Assembly: GCA_951406725.2 (NCBI GenBank)
Contig: OX597824.1
Location: 29,760,001 to 29,824,000, forward strand
DNA length: 64,000 bases
DNA from: Octopus vulgaris
Taxonomy: Eukaryota
Direction: 5' to 3'
Shown here: piece after piece, positions 24,950 through 40,596 of the stretch
Numbering within the stretch: the first letter of the stretch is position 1
Layout: each line of letters starts with the position of its first letter
The notes under the pieces: model-generated
What the model was told of the DNA's origin: nothing
Database searches by the model: none
What the model saw: the letters and a program-made list of their open reading frames with translations, nothing else
Program-made: the position numbers and the translations under genes

Positions 24950-25750
24950 ACAGGCGCGGTTGTATGATTAAGAAGCTCGCTTAGCACGTTTCGGGGTCTG
25001 TCCAAACGCATGGAACTTTGCACTAACGGTTTCTACTCTTGCACCGGGTCAATCAATGCTTTGTGAGTGAATCTGGTAGATGAAAACTGTGTGGAAGCCC
25101 GTCGAGTTTATACATATGTACGTGTGTGTTTTGTGTGTGTATGTGTCTGTGCGTGCGTGCATGTGTTTCTGCGTGCGTGTGTGTGCGCGCATGTGTCTTA
25201 GGGTCTGTCCTCGTTCGCCACTTGACAACCAGTGCTGGTTTGATTACATCCCCGTAACTTCGCAGTTCGGCAAAGAGACCGATCGAGATGACGCCGTGGT
25301 GATCTCATTCTCGCTCACAACATAATAAGCGGAAAGTGTAACCTCTCGAAAGAGCTGTTCTTCACTCCTGCTCCGGGGCGTGGGCTGCGGGGTCACTCCG
25401 AAAAGCTCTATCTACGACGATTTCATCTCAATCGAGGGAGAGGGGCTTTCTCCGTCCGGGTTGCGGATCCGTGGAATAAGCTGCCGGACGAGATAGTGAA
25501 TATGCCGACGACCGCTCGGTTCAAAGTCTCTCTTGACCAGAAATGGCCTTAACACTTTGTACGACCACCTTCCCTGTACATAACTCCCTGTCCCCCTACA
25601 TGGCTTTGCTTTTGCTTTTTGAGCCAATAAAAATTGAATTGAAAAAAAAATTGAATTGAATATAAATACTGGAGTCGATTTGTTCGACTAAACTCGCCAT
25701 GGCGCTGCCTCAGCATGGCTGTCGTCCAATGACTTCAACAAGTAAAACAA
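24950..25750 (+). mobile_element. diverged SINE group A interrupted by a CR1 fragment
   Basis: Body 24950-25287, tail resumes at about 25662. Confidence 0.7.
25288..25660 (+). mobile_element. CR1-clade LINE 3' end
   Basis: Open frame 25292-25552 RRGDLILAHNII..LRGHSEKL..FSVRVADPWNKLPDEIV..FKVSLDQKWP*; (AATTG)n tail. Confidence 0.85.
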
Positions 25751-25974
25751 GATTCATCAGAAATTATGTACGGCTACATGTCCAGAATCTTCATGAAAGT
25801 ATTAAGAACCATTCCACGAGTATCCCTGTGATTTCAGACTCAATACTGAACGTAGTGCAACACATTTGCACTACAATGAATGCACTACTACTGAATATAA
25901 TGTAGTGGAACACAGTTAGAATGAAACCAGGATTTCATGATCCCGGACAAACTTCTTGAGCACTCAGCTCTATA

Positions 25975-26198
25975 ATATTGGTTTCAAATTTTAAAAGAAG
26001 GCCAGCAATTTCGGGTGTAGGGTGGAGTAAGTCAATTACATCGACCTCCAGTGCTCAACTGGCAATTAGTTTTCTCGACCGCGAAGGGATGAAAGGCGAA
26101 GTCGACCTCGGCGGTATTTCAATTCCGAACGCAAAAACGGACGAAATGCCGCTCAGCACTTTATCCGGCACGGTAATGATTCTGCCAGCTAATCGCCT
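25975..26198 (-). mobile_element. SINE group B monomer
   Basis: Group B head and domain. Confidence 0.8.
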
Positions 26199-26307
26199 TA
26201 TACACGTATATGTTAGACCGCACATTGTAGGGTAGTGAATTAGTAGAACTGTTAACACAGCGGTCAAAGTCAAAATGCTTAGTAGCATTTTATAATTATA
26301 CATATAT

Positions 26308-26390
<83 letters not shown>

Positions 26391-26428
26391 TATATACATA
26401 TATATATATATAATATATATATACATAT

Positions 26429-26487
<59 letters not shown>

Positions 26488-26495
26488 TACATACA

Positions 26496-26571
<76 letters not shown>

Positions 26572-26600
26572 TACATATATACATATATACATATATATAC

Positions 26601-26825
26601 AAACAGTCAGATGCAGAACGGAATTTCGTCAGTGAACCGGTCGCAGTCTCAAAGTGACGAAAATATTTTGCCTAATTAAATTTAAATGTTCAAGTGAATC
26701 TAACGGTTTGTGTGTGTGTCTGTGTGTTTTTAATGGCTTATAAACTCCTTCCACGCTGCAATTGTTTTTGTTTCAGCATACGATCTCAGAGCAAGTCACT
26801 TGCTATGCAAGCACTCCTCCGTAAC
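26601..26825 (+). mobile_element. single-arm copy of the G3:C8 hammerhead element in (TA)n, degraded ribozyme at 26625-26675
   Basis: Matches 1850-2051; core reads GTGAACC. Confidence 0.8.
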
Positions 26826-26836
26826 ATATATATGTA

Positions 26837-26963
<127 letters not shown>

Positions 26964-27289
26964 CCTCACTTCTTTTTTTCCCTCCTGTGTCTGTCCATTA
27001 TGGCAAACATGTATTTTCTTGTGTATATGTCGTTTACCTGTGTGTGTGTGTGTGTGTTAGGATTAAAATCTGAATCTATTTCATTACATGTGGCTAGGTG
27101 GGGAGAACTTGTGTATGATTGTGTGTGTGCGTGTGTGTGTGCATTTATGTATGTTTTAGTGTAAGTGGCTGTTGTTTTTATTGGGGTTTGATGTAAATCA
27201 AGTCCCTTTTGTCAATTCTGTGTATATGTATGTGCAAATGTGTGGGAGTGCGAATGCTAACGTGCGTGCTCCTGTGTGCATACTTCCAT

Positions 27290-27645
27290 GTATGTATGCA
27301 TGTATGTATGTATGCATGCATATATTTACATATATATACATACATACATATATATATATTATATATACATATATATACATACATACATATATATACACAC
27401 ACACACACACATAAATGCATGATATATATATAAATACATACGCTCATATACACAAGCATACATACATATGGATCATACATACATACCTACATACTTACAT
27501 AGGTACACACACACATACATACATACATATATACCTACATACACACACACATACATGCACACACATACATACATACACACATACATACATACATGCATAC
27601 ATACATACATACATACATACATACATACATACATACATACATACA

Positions 27646-27706
<61 letters not shown>

Positions 27707-27905
27707 GCATAGAAATGAGTGCGTGTATTTTCATGTGTATATAATATTGTGTATGTATGTATGTATGTATGTATGTATGTATGTATGTATGTATGTATGT
27801 ATGTATGTATGTATGTATGTATGTATGTATGTGTGTGTATGCATGTATGCATGTATGTATGTATGTATGTATGTATGTATGTATGTATGTATGTATGTAT
27901 GTATG
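27290..27905. repeat. (ACAT)n followed by (ATGT)n arrays
   Basis: Directly visible. Confidence 0.95.
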
Positions 27906-28379
27906 TGCTTGTGTAAATGCGTCTCAGTGCGTGTCAGTGCGTGTCAGTGCGTGTGTGTATGTGCATGTGAATGTTCGACTACGTCAACGTAGAATGCGTT
28001 CCTTGCGTTTGGTGTGAGTAATTCATGGAGGAGTCTCCGGGGCAAAAGTTACGCCTTTTAGACATCTGTATAGTTAAATAAATAAAAACAACAACAACAA
28101 CAACACCACCAACAACAGTGATCAGACAGAAGCGCACCTCCCTCTCTTCCTCTGCTCCTTCCACGTTCCACTTTCTCCCTGCGACTGACAGGGAAGATTG
28201 CTGTAAGATATTAATCTCTTTGAAAATAGGGGCTGCATATTGACAAGGTCCCAGATGTTCCTTACTTACTTACCCATCGCCATATTGGCCTTGTTTACTC
28301 TTTTTCATTTTTCTGTCTTCTCACTTTTGAGGGAGAGGTTTTCGTACTGACTACTGACTACGTACATATATAAAATATT

Positions 28380-29070
<691 letters not shown>

Positions 29071-30044
29071 TATATCACTGAATCGCTATCGACTACCTCA
29101 ATAGTTCTCGGCCATTTTGTTTTTACCAATGGATTCCTTTGATTGCAATTATTTTTCTGGCAGACCGCCATAGCCATTCAATGTTTAAAAGCTAGTTTTA
29201 TAGAGACTTCTTTCAATATTGCCATTTTGCTTTTCACGTATTCAGTTGTGTACATTTGCAAGAAACATGTTAATCTATGTAAAACATTTGAGAAAAAACC
29301 TAGCTGTTCCTTGCCATAAATATATTTCAATCAATCTTTTTTATATTTCATGAACCCTTAAAACGCTTCTGCGAATCACCAGTTTATTATTTTGCGTGAA
29401 ACCCCCAAGAACCCAGGATCGAGTCAGTAACCATCAGTAGCATTATTGGATGTTATATCAACCACAGACCGCATGTGCTTTCCCGCCTTCCAACCCGCTC
29501 TGGCTAGCAGTCAGAGACAGACCTAGTCTCAAACGGTATTGGTTGTTGAGGTTTCCTTTGAACAATATTGATGTCATATAGAACGAAGACTTGTTGCACA
29601 GACTACTTCTGGTCTTCCATAAAAGGACACAACCATGTCCAACTCTGAACCTCGAGAATGTCCTAGATTCGTATACCTGTTAGAGTCTGACTGACGGAAA
29701 TCACGGACCCTTTCGTAGCATTTGTCTCTCCCACCTGGAATAGAAACTTTGAAGTTGTTGCTTAGTTGTTATCCTTTAACCCCAGGAAAATCCTGATCTA
29801 GAAGACCTATGATCACAGGCATTCTGAGGTCACTTTGCATTTTATTGTCTTTTTTAAATGGTTAGATGCACTTTGAAGAAAATGTAGCTATTACTTCTCA
29901 GGTCGGCTGAGTACATTGAAGGTTCATCACAATCTCCAGAAATGTTGATCACATAAGACTTCTTTTACTGTTCTGACTATTATTGTTTGAGTTGCCAACT
30001 ATTTCTCTCTTACTTCAGTCTTTTCTCATGTCCATATATATATA

Positions 30045-30457
30045 CGCTGCGAGCTGGCAGAAACGTTAGCGTGCCGGACGAAATGCTTAGCGGTATTTCG
30101 TCTGTCGTTACGTTCTGAGTTCAAATTCCGCCGAGGTCGACTTTGTCTTTCATCCTTTTGGGGTCGATAAATAAAGTACCAGTTTCGCACTGGGGTCGAT
30201 GTAATCGACTTAATCCCTTTGTATGTCCTTGTTTGTCCCGTCTATGTTTAGCCCCTTGTGGATAATAAAGAAATAAGTATTGCGTCTGTCGTTACGTTCT
30301 GAGTTCAAATTCCGCCGAGGTCGACTTTGCCTTTCATCCTTTCGGGGTCGATAAATAAAATACCAGTTTCGCACTGGGGTCGATGTAATCGACTTAATCC
30401 CTTTGTATGTTCTTGTTTGTCCCCTCTATGTTTAGCCCCTTGTGGGTAGTCAAGAAA
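30045..30457 (+). mobile_element. SINE group B with two tandem 184-bp units
   Basis: Unit starts at 30093 and 30277. Confidence 0.9.
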
Positions 30458-30470
30458 TACATATATCTAT

Positions 30471-30828
30471 ACGCAGGCATGACTGTGTAGTTAAGAAACT
30501 CGCTATGTAACCGTGTAGATTCAGGTTCTGTCCCACAACGCAACACCTGCACAAGTGTTTTATACTAGTAGCCCCGATCCAAGTAATGCCTTGTGAGTGA
30601 ATTTGGCGGACAGAAACTGTGTGCAAGCCCACCGCATGTGTGTGTGTTTGTGTGAGAGTTTTTGTGTCTGTATCAGTCCCTCCTTGACAAGTAGTGTTGG
30701 TTTGTTTACGTCCCCGTAACTTAGTGATTCGGCAAAAGTGACCCATGAAACAAGTAGTGGGATCGATTTCAAGACAGTGACCCAGTATAGCTGCAGTCCA
30801 ACGATTGAAACGAGTAAAAGATAAAAGA
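30471..30828 (+). mobile_element. SINE group A, diverged
   Basis: Group A layout. Confidence 0.75.
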
Positions 30829-31197
30829 TACATACTGTGGGTATGTACAGACAGACACTCACACACACACACACACACAAATACACACATAAACATACGT
30901 ATATATGTATATATGTATATGCCTGTGTGTTCGTGTGTGTGTGTATGAGTGTGTTGAATGTATGTGTGTAATACACATTCATACATATTTAAACACACGC
31001 ACTCAACATGTGTTTGTGTTCATGTGTGTGAGTAAATGAGCGCATCTTTGCGTATGAGAAGACAAGTGTACGTGTGTGTTCGGTGTATGAGTGCATGTGT
31101 GTGTCTGTCCGTCTCTGTCTGTGTGTGAGTGAGTGCATCTCTCATACAGGAGAGAGAGATATGTACGGACGCGCGTGTTTGATGTGTATGTGTATGT

Positions 31198-31288
<91 letters not shown>

Positions 31289-31549
31289 TACAGATTAATT
31301 TCTTTTTAATTCGTATCTTGTTTCTGAGGTCTGGCTGTGTCAGTGAAATTTAGTCAACAGCTGTGTTAGACTCCTCACAAACTAAACCCTTGAAATGTCT
31401 CGCATATTTCTACTATAACACTGTTACATTAAACTTACAAAATATAGACTAAATGTTCTCTTCTTTATCAGGGAATCCACACTTCTCAACGTTCTACTTA
31501 AATTTTTATAACCAAAGGCCAATACATATATATATATATATGTATGTAT

Positions 31550-32155
31550 ATTTCTTTATTGCCCTCAGGTGGCCAAACTTAGAAGGGACAAACAAGGACA
31601 GACAAACGGATTAAGTCGATTACGTCGACCTCAATGCGTAAATGGTACTTATTTAATCGACCCAGAAAGGATGAAAGGCTAAGTCGATCTCGGCGGAATT
31701 TGAACTCAGAACGTAGCGGCAGATGAAATACATATTTCTTTACTACCCACAAGGGGCTAAACACAGACGGGACAAACAAGGACAGACAAACGGATTAAGT
31801 CGATTATATCGACCACAGTGCGTAACTGGTACTTATTGAATCGACCCCGAAAGGATAAAAGGCAAAGTCGACCTCGACGGAATTTGAACTCAGAACGTAG
31901 CGGCTAACGAAATACCTATTTCTATTTCTTTACTACCCACAAGGGGCAAAACACAGAGAGGACAAACAAGGACAGACAAACGGATTAAGTCGATTATATC
32001 GACCCCAGTGCGTAACTGGTACTTATTTAATAGACCCTGAAAGGATGAAAGGCAAAGTCGACCTCGGCGGAATTTGAACTCAGAACGTAGCGGCAGACGA
32101 AATACTGCTAAGCATTTCGCCCGGCGTGCTAACGATTCTGCTTGCTCACCGCCTT
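31550..32155 (-). mobile_element. SINE group B with three tandem units
   Basis: TGAACTCAGA at 31701, 31885 and 32075. Confidence 0.9.
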
Positions 32156-32185
32156 CCACAATATATATATATACATATATATATG

Positions 32186-32315
<130 letters not shown>

Positions 32316-32744
32316 AAAGTTCACTAGTGGTACTCACTAGACCCTATAGTAACTATATATCTTTGCATGTATCTTTGAATGTGTATATGTGTGTGTGCGT
32401 GTGCGTGAGCAAATATGTAGCTATTTTTCATCTTTAATTATTTGAATTCCTTCTATAAGGAAGGACCTGGTTTCTAACAAAGATCAAAGCACAAAGTTCA
32501 CTCGAAGAAATCTGAATAAAAAAACATAATGATAAAATATTACAAGCTGAAGTTTTCTATGATATTTTCATTTTTTTTTTTTTGTTCCGTTCATAGCTTG
32601 TATTTGTTAAGTATGTATTAGCTGGTCGCTTTCTTTGCCTCAAAAAATACCCCTCTCACACACACACACATATATGCATGGGGCAAGATATATATGAGAT
32701 CTTTTAGGACATATTTGGTGATTTAATCAAACAACCCTAATCAA

Positions 32745-33150
32745 GGCGCAGGCGTGGCTATGTGTTAAGAAGCTTGCTTCCCAATCACATGGTTCCGGGT
32801 TCAGTCCCACTGCAAGACACTTGGGGCAAGTGTCTTCGACTATAGCCTTGGGCCGACCAAAGCCTTGTGAGTGGATTTGGTTGACGGAAACTAAAAGAAG
32901 CCTGTCGTATATATATGTATATATTTATGTGTGTGTATATATTTATGTGTAAGTATATATTTATGTATCCCCCCCCCCACCACCACCATCGCTTGACAAC
33001 CGGTGCTCGTGTGTTCCTGTCTTCGTTTAACTAGCGGTTCGGCAAAAGAGACCGCTAGGATAAGTACTGGGATCGATTTCTTCGACTAAGACCTTTTAAG
33101 GAGGTGCTTCAGCATGGCCATTGTCAAATGACTGAAACACATAAAAGATA
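32745..33150 (+). mobile_element. SINE group A
   Basis: Full-length copy. Confidence 0.88.
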
Positions 33151-33261
33151 GCAAACACCAAATGTATTTTGATATAATTTTTCTTTTATTCTTTTACTTG
33201 TTTCAGTCATTTGACTGTGATCATGCTGAAGCAAGCTTTCTCATAACATTATTCTATGAAT

Positions 33262-33649
33262 AGTGGAGGCGCAATGGCCCAGTGGTTAGGGCAGCGGACT
33301 CGCGGTCGTAGGATCGCGGTTTCGATTCCCAGACCGGGCGTTGTGAGTGTTTATTGAGCGAAAACACCTAAAGCTCCACGACGCTCCGGCAGGGGATGGT
33401 GGTGATCCCTGCTGTACTCTTTCACCACAACATTCTCTCACTCTTACTTCCTGTTTCTGTTGTACCTGTATTTCAAAGGGCCGGCCTTGTCACTCTCTGT
33501 GTCACGCTGAATATCCCCGAGAACTGCGTTAAGGGTACACGTGTCTGTGGAGTGCTCAGCCACTTACACGTTAATTTCACGAGCAGGCTGTTCCGTTGAT
33601 CGGATCAACCGGAACCCTCGTCGTCGTAACCGACGGAGTGCTTCCATCC
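33262..33649 (+). mobile_element. young SINE group C
   Basis: TSD ATTCTATGAAT at 33251-33261 and 33650-33660. Confidence 0.92.
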
Positions 33650-33659
33650 ATTCTATGAA

Positions 33660-34300
33660 TCTGACTTCATCTTCATGACAGTTTCAATGCTTGTCCAGAA
33701 TCGTTGACTGACCGCACTAAATAGTCCTTCTCCATTTCGGACATCACTTAAACAATTTTGAAGGTGTCGTCGATTTGTCTTCCTTTCGATAACGCTCCAA
33801 ACGCAGAAGTCCATGGGATGTAAATCTGACTATTTTGGTCGACGCAAGTTATATGTTACATCATCGTAAAGATTGTTTGGCGTCCATTTTTAATACAGTT
33901 CTATATTTCATAGATTAGGAATTATGTACATTATTTACATTATTTACATTTGACGGATATTCGTCCTCATCTTAACAATAAACAAGATGAGGACAAATAT
34001 CCGTCAAATGTAAATAATGGCCATTATTAAGTTATGAAGGCTTTGTAAGAAGATGTTGAGTCTTGTTTAAAAATGTATAGCCTTCCACTTCGTGCTTCAT
34101 ACATCCAGGGTTTAACAATTTTCTCTAGCACCTCAACGTATTAGCATTAATTCTAAGACCTTGTGGAAAGATGTAAAGCAGCATGACATGACCTTTGTTA
34201 CTCACCATCCCTAAGACCATCACACTTAGTATGCATCACTTGGAGGACATCAGAAGGATCTGCACATAACCATTTGGCATTTATCCTGTCAGACTTTTGG
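33660..34300 (-). pseudogene. Tc1/mariner (maT/DD37D-like) transposase relic
   Basis: SVMVLGMVSNKGHVMLLYIFPQGLRINA and SDLHPMDFCVWSVIERKTN motifs. Confidence 0.65.
33893..34019 (-). mobile_element. fold-back tail fragment of the hammerhead SINE family (arms 33938-33973 and 33984-34019)
   Basis: Matches 16910-16970; 36-bp inverted arms. Confidence 0.8.
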
Positions 34301-34922
34301 TCTTAATCGAAGTTAGGGAAGAGCGAAAATATGCTATATTAGATATGAATTTTAACCTGGCTTTATCGCTCGACACAGATCAAACGGTGTTCGTGTGTCT
34401 TTGCAGACATGAGTTGGTCTCTTCTCAGTGCATACAACTCGTACGAAAGGTCCCTGTGCACCACATTTCAGATAGTCCACTCCTATCCGTTCTAGTGTCA
34501 TCATTGATAATGTTTTACACCCGTGAGAGGAATTGTGGAGTCATTATAGTGGTTAAACATTTAGACTGTTTTCTACTCTCGAATACAAATGAAACCTTAT
34601 TACAAGAGGTTTCTAGTTCCATCTGATCTTTGTGTGCAAAAGACCAATCAATACAACATTTAAAAAGTTGGCAAGTTCTAAATCTCTGTGTTTCGCGCAT
34701 ATGGCAATATGGAGCATAGTTGATTAAGTCAGCGCCATTAAATAACCTATTCAAGTGGCTCCTGGAAAAGACTGAGAAGCCACGTTGACCTCGAAGTGAA
34801 TTGAGTTCGGGATGTAAAGAAATATAAGGAAACACCACAACGTATTTGTTAGTCCCTCTACCGATTATAACTATCCACGGACTTGATTGTAAGAGTACTA
34901 ATGATATGAAATTTCTAACGTG

Positions 34923-35144
34923 AAGGTGGCGAGCTGGAAAAATCGTAAGCAGAATGGGCAAAATATTTAGCGGGCTTTCATTGTCTATCATTACGCTTTC
35001 AGTTCAAATTCTCTAGCGGTCGACTTTGCCTTTCATCCTTTCGGAGTTGATAAAATAAATAGCAGTTGAGCAGTGGATTCAATATAATCGACAAACCTCT
35101 TTTCCATAAAATTTCAGGCCTTGCGCCGATAGTACAAGAGATTG

Positions 35145-35145
<1 letters not shown>
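34923..35145 (+). mobile_element. SINE group B monomer
   Basis: Group B head and domain. Confidence 0.8.
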
Positions 35146-35205
<60 letters not shown>

Positions 35206-35225
35206 CATCATCATCATCATCATCG

Positions 35226-35254
<29 letters not shown>

Positions 35255-35256
<2 letters not shown>

Positions 35257-35450
35257 GTTTCCAAACGTGAATTATCCAAACGTCAAAGAATTCCTCCCAA
35301 CACATGGCTATGATGCTCCCCATTGCTTCTGCTCAAAATCAGAGATGCAAATATCGTCAACCACTAAGGGGCATGCTCAACTGGTTATGATCAAACAACT
35401 GACAAACAAATTTGTGGTATTGAGCAGAATATTTGCTGTAGCCCATCTTT
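35255..35450 (-). mobile_element. family E fragment
   Basis: Reverse complement of 6207-6402. Confidence 0.7.
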
Positions 35451-35467
35451 AAATTATCATTATTATT

Positions 35468-35680
35468 GAAAGCGGCGAGCTGGCAGAACCATTAGCACAC
35501 CTTGCAAAATGCTTAGCGGCATTTTGCTCGTCATTGTGTTTTGAATTCTAATTCCGCCGAAGTCGACTTTACCTTTCATTCTTTCAGTATCGATGATATA
35601 AGTACCAGTCAAGTGCTGGGGTCGATATAATCGACTAGCGCCCCCTCTCCAAAATGTCAGACCATGTGCCTATAGTAGAA
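35468..35680 (+). mobile_element. SINE group B monomer
   Basis: Group B head and domain. Confidence 0.8.
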
Positions 35681-35682
35681 AG

Positions 35683-35815
<133 letters not shown>

Positions 35816-36057
35816 TACAGCAGTATGTAGAGCGAAGAACATATTTCATTTTCCAAGCCTGGTCCGTTCCTGCAACAACAACAATAATAATATTGAGAAC
35901 AACACCACCACCAACAACAATAACAACATCAACAAGACAATCAACAAAGACAACAACAATAACAACAGTAAAACGGCAATAACAACGAGTCACGGACTAA
36001 ATTCCTTTAGCATCATGTTATTTCAGCTGCGCATTCCTTTCTCTCTCTGCCTCCCTG

Positions 36058-36120
<63 letters not shown>

Positions 36121-36820
36121 TACACACACACACACACACTCACACGCACATACACATTGTCTCTACTATGCATTTGCGTGTATATATATTATACACACAC
36201 ACAAACATTCATACACATTAGAATGTCTTGTTTTCCAAGCATATTAACTCACTGAGATTTATTCTTAATTTTGGGGGAAATTGCCTCCCTTCCTTATGCT
36301 GAGTCGCTATCAACCACCGCTAGGTTTTTGTATAGCTTCCTGTCTGCCGTATTTTGTGATCTATTAGACGCAGATTTTCTCCTAACAGTGTGTCCTAAAA
36401 AAATCCCCTGGTTTCTAAACAGGAAACTGGCTTCCCGTAAACTTTAATGCGCTCAAAACCTTTTTGCTGAATATGCTCATCTGAAATGAGAGTTTTGCTT
36501 CTAATATGCCCATGCAACCAATACAACATGTTAAAAGCCTACAGCTTTATACGCTGGCAAAAAGAGCAGCACAATGCTTATGTCAACTGGTGAAGTAGAA
36601 ATCGGAATTATTCATATTTTCAAGAAGCTTGTACTCTCTTCTATTCAGAATTGCTGATTATCGTGGTTAAGGTTTGGTTTCATTTCTCTATCTCTCTCTC
36701 TGTGAAGGAAATTGTAAAAGATAAAGAATTTATTGTGTACGCCGTTCGGTACACTCTCACATTGACGTCCCAATTTCTGACCGGAAATATGCTGTCGTTT
36801 CGCTTCCCGTTCTATCGTTC

Positions 36821-37158
36821 TAGTGGAGGCGCGTGACTGGGTGGTTAGGGTATTCAGCTTAAGGTTCTGAGTTCGATTCCCGGCGGTGCGCTGTGTCATT
36901 GAGCAACACATTTTATTTAACGTTCCTTCAGTCCACGCAGCTGGCAAAACTGTGTAGTACCCGTAATTCCAAGAGCCAGCTTTATCACATACTGTGTCAC
37001 GCTGAATCTCCCTGAGAAGGGTACGCGTTAAGGGTACGCGTGTCTGTGGAGTGCTCAGCTACTTTCAAGTTAATTTAACGAGTACGCTGATCCGTTGGTC
37101 AAATCAACAGGAAAAAATCATCGTCGTAACCGACGGAGTGTCAGTTTTTATATATTTT
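36821..37158 (+). mobile_element. SINE group D (CORE-type) full length
   Basis: TSD TTCTATCGTTC at 36810-36820 and 37159-37169. Confidence 0.85.
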
Positions 37159-37479
37159 TTCTATCGTTCCATTAGGGGCTTCTGTTTCATGAAGCTGGCT
37201 GATCTCCCACCATTTCGAATTCATCCCATTCGTCTTGTTCATATTTCTTCCTCTCGACACACACTAAGTACGCTTTCCCACCACCACCAAACTTCGCATA
37301 AACCATGATGTCCAATTCTTCATTCATGCAATGTCAAACCTCTGGATGTTCCTTGTTGCCCATGCTTTGATTCCAATCGTTTACCAACAACTGTGGAAAG
37401 CGATCATCATACCAACTGACATGGAGTGCCTGTCGCCAGAACCTTCAGCAGATATAAACGTTTGTCTGTCTCTGCTTGT

Positions 37480-37531
<52 letters not shown>

Positions 37532-37852
37532 ACACACATACACACACACCACACACATACACTTTCATGTGTGTGTATATGTATATAAAGAAGGAGAGAA
37601 AAGGGATGGATAACTAGCTAGCTAGATATAAATATATAGATATATGTATAAATGTATATGTACATATAAAGACACACACACACACACACACACACTCACA
37701 AGCACGCACACACATACACATACATACATACATACATACATACATACATACATACATACATACATACGTACATACATACACACATACATATATACATACA
37801 CACATACAAAACATTACTAACCGTCCACTATTACAGCAGAAGCAGGCGGCAT

Positions 37853-37930
37853 GCTGGCATACTGGTATAATGGTATGCTGGTATGCTGGTACGGTGGTAT
37901 GCTGGTACGGTGGCATGATGGTACGATGGT
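37853..37930. repeat. 8-bp minisatellite, degenerate (TGGTATGC)n
   Basis: About 10 units visible. Confidence 0.8.
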
Positions 37931-38662
37931 GTGACTGTCGTGTTATCTATCATGCAGTATAAAAATGGGCGCTATATTCGGTGACCCGTTCTGACAGACT
38001 TCGTAATCTAACACTATACAGATGTGCTTGTTTCAGTTTTGATATAAGGTCGCTGTTCAATCTGCAGGTGTACTCTCCTCTCGCAAGCCCTTCATGACAT
38101 TGATAAAGGTTTTACTTGTAAAATGTTAGATCTAATGTTTATTGCCTTGCGCAGATAATGAGGCGGTTGTAAACCTATACGGTCGTGCTTAATGAAAATA
38201 TGTAACTAGAATTACAATAAACGATATAACAATCCGTTTGCATGATCGATCACCGACCGGTTATATGTGCGTTTACGTACGCATAGGTGCGTGTTTGCGT
38301 ATGTAGGTTTGCTTGCATGTATGTGTGTATATATGTATGTTTTCTTGTATGTATGTGTGTATGTATGTATGTATATATGGGTGCATGTAGGTAGGTAGGA
38401 AGTTAGGTGGGTAGGTATGTGTCTGTTTGCGTGTGTATACAGCTCTCCTTCTCTCACACACATATATATGATTTCGCACACACACATATGTATATATGTG
38501 TGTACGTATGTATAGATCTCCCTCTCTCTCACTGTCTTTCATTTAAATGTGCATGTGTGTATATATATATACATATAAGTGTGTTTGAATGTATACATGA
38601 ATATATATATATGTGTGTATGTACATGTGTGTATATATATACATATAAGTATGTGTGTACGT

Positions 38663-38721
<59 letters not shown>

Positions 38722-39182
38722 TGTATGTGTGTCTGTGTGTATGTGTGTATGTGTGTATGTGTGTGTGTACGTGTACATACATGCATACACACACACCACT
38801 AATGAATATTGTTATCGCTTTATTCCTAATTCTCACCCTTTAATCAGATATATATAACACTTGTTTACGATACTTGTATATTTTATCTATGTAAATACGT
38901 GTGTATGTGAGTGGGTGTGTACACACGAAGACCTAACATATATTCTACTCTCACTCTCTTTCTTACTTGCCTTCTCTTTCTCAACTTCTTTCTCTCTCTC
39001 TTTATCTCTTCCTTCCTTGCTTGCTTTCTTTTTTGTTTTCTTTTCCCTCTTTCTCCTTCTGTCCTTAATCATGCGATGTTGCGATGTAACCAAACCACGT
39101 GGCCAGATCACCGATGGTTTCTTGCACCCCAAGTTAGAATTAGACATTACAAGTCGCAGAGTTTACTGTCTCACAGTACACC

Positions 39183-39430
39183 TAAAAAAAAAATAATAAA
39201 TGCGCCCTTTTTAAAGCCTAGCCAGGCTCATGGGCCCGATTTCCCGGTTTCTATGGCGTATGTGTTCCCCAGCTGGACGGGACGCCAGTCCATCGCAGAG
39301 TTACTCATTTTTGCCAGCTGAAATGAAGTGTTTTGCTCAAGAACACAATACGTCGCCCGGTCCAGGAATCGAAACCACAATCATACGATCATGATGCTGA
39401 CGCCCTAACCACTAAGCCACGCGCCTCCAC
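39183..39430 (-). mobile_element. SINE group D head with alternative CTGCGATGGACTGGCGTCCCGTCCAG tail
   Basis: TSD CACAGTAC; tail shared with 48014-48298. Confidence 0.8.
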
Positions 39431-39449
39431 CACAGTACGCCTCCCCGTA

Positions 39450-39667
39450 TTATATTGGTTTCAAATTTTGGCACAACGCCAGCAACTTCGCGGTAGAGAA
39501 CAAGTCAAATACATCAACCCCAGTTCTCAACTGATACTTATTTTATCGACCCCGAAAGAATGTGAAGCAAAGTCGACCCCGGTGGCTTTTGAACTCGTAA
39601 AGTCGTAAGAAATGCCGCTAAGCATTTTTTCTGGCACGGTAATGATTCTGCTTGTTTACTGCCTTCA
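39450..39667 (-). mobile_element. SINE group B monomer
   Basis: Group B similarity. Confidence 0.75.
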
Positions 39668-39712
39668 CCCGTACCCGTAATATTGTTGTTAATATTGCTA
39701 TTGATAATTGGC

Positions 39713-39910
39713 GTGGCGAGCTGGCAGGATCGTTAGTACGCCGGGCGTCATGCTTAGTTGCATGTCGTCCGTCTTTACGTTCCGAGTTCAAATTCCAACG
39801 AGGCTTATTCTTGCCTTTCGGGGGTAGATAAAATAAGTAAGAATGAAGAAATGGAGTCGTCTTATTTCTCTTCCCCTTACATGCTGATCTTGTGCGATAA
39901 TTTGAAGCCA
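39713..39910 (+). mobile_element. SINE group B monomer, diverged
   Basis: Group B similarity. Confidence 0.7.
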
Positions 39911-39989
39911 GCATTGGTACAGTTAATGTTGATGAATTGGAGTGGCGGTTTTTCTTTTTGTAGGAATAGTATTAGTATAGCAGTCATAT

Positions 39990-40195
39990 ACTCTTTACTC
40001 TTTTATTTGTTTCAGTCATTTGACTGCAGCCATGCTGGAGCACCGCCTTTAGTCGAGCATCGACTAAAAGCAGTGTAAGCCTAGTACTTATTCTATTTTT
40101 TGCCGAACCGCTAAGTTACGGGGACGTAAACACACCAGCATTGGTTGTCAAGCGACGTTGGAGGGACAAACACAGACACACAACATATACACACA

Positions 40196-40250
<55 letters not shown>

Positions 40251-40400
40251 ATATATACGACAGGCATCTTTCAGTTTCTGTCTACCAAATCCACGCATAA
40301 GTATTAGTCAGCCCGAGGCTATAGTAGAAGACACTTGCCCAAGGTGCCACGCAGTGGGACTGAACCCGGAACCATGTTGTTGGGAAGCAAGCTACTTACC
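39990..40400 (-). mobile_element. SINE group A
   Basis: Near full-length reverse copy. Confidence 0.88.
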
Positions 40401-40596
40401 TATCCGGAGCCATCCAGTTTTATTTTGAGAACCTAGAGTAGAATGTGTTCTTCATCTCTGAGATGGTAGAGAAGTTTGAGGGTAATTTGGTTGCTATTTC
40501 GAGTAAGTTGAACAATCACGTAAAAGATGTTCCGTCTTAGATGATCCCATTTCGCTTCTTAATTTCAATGTTTATCAAGAACTTCAAGAAAGTCGT

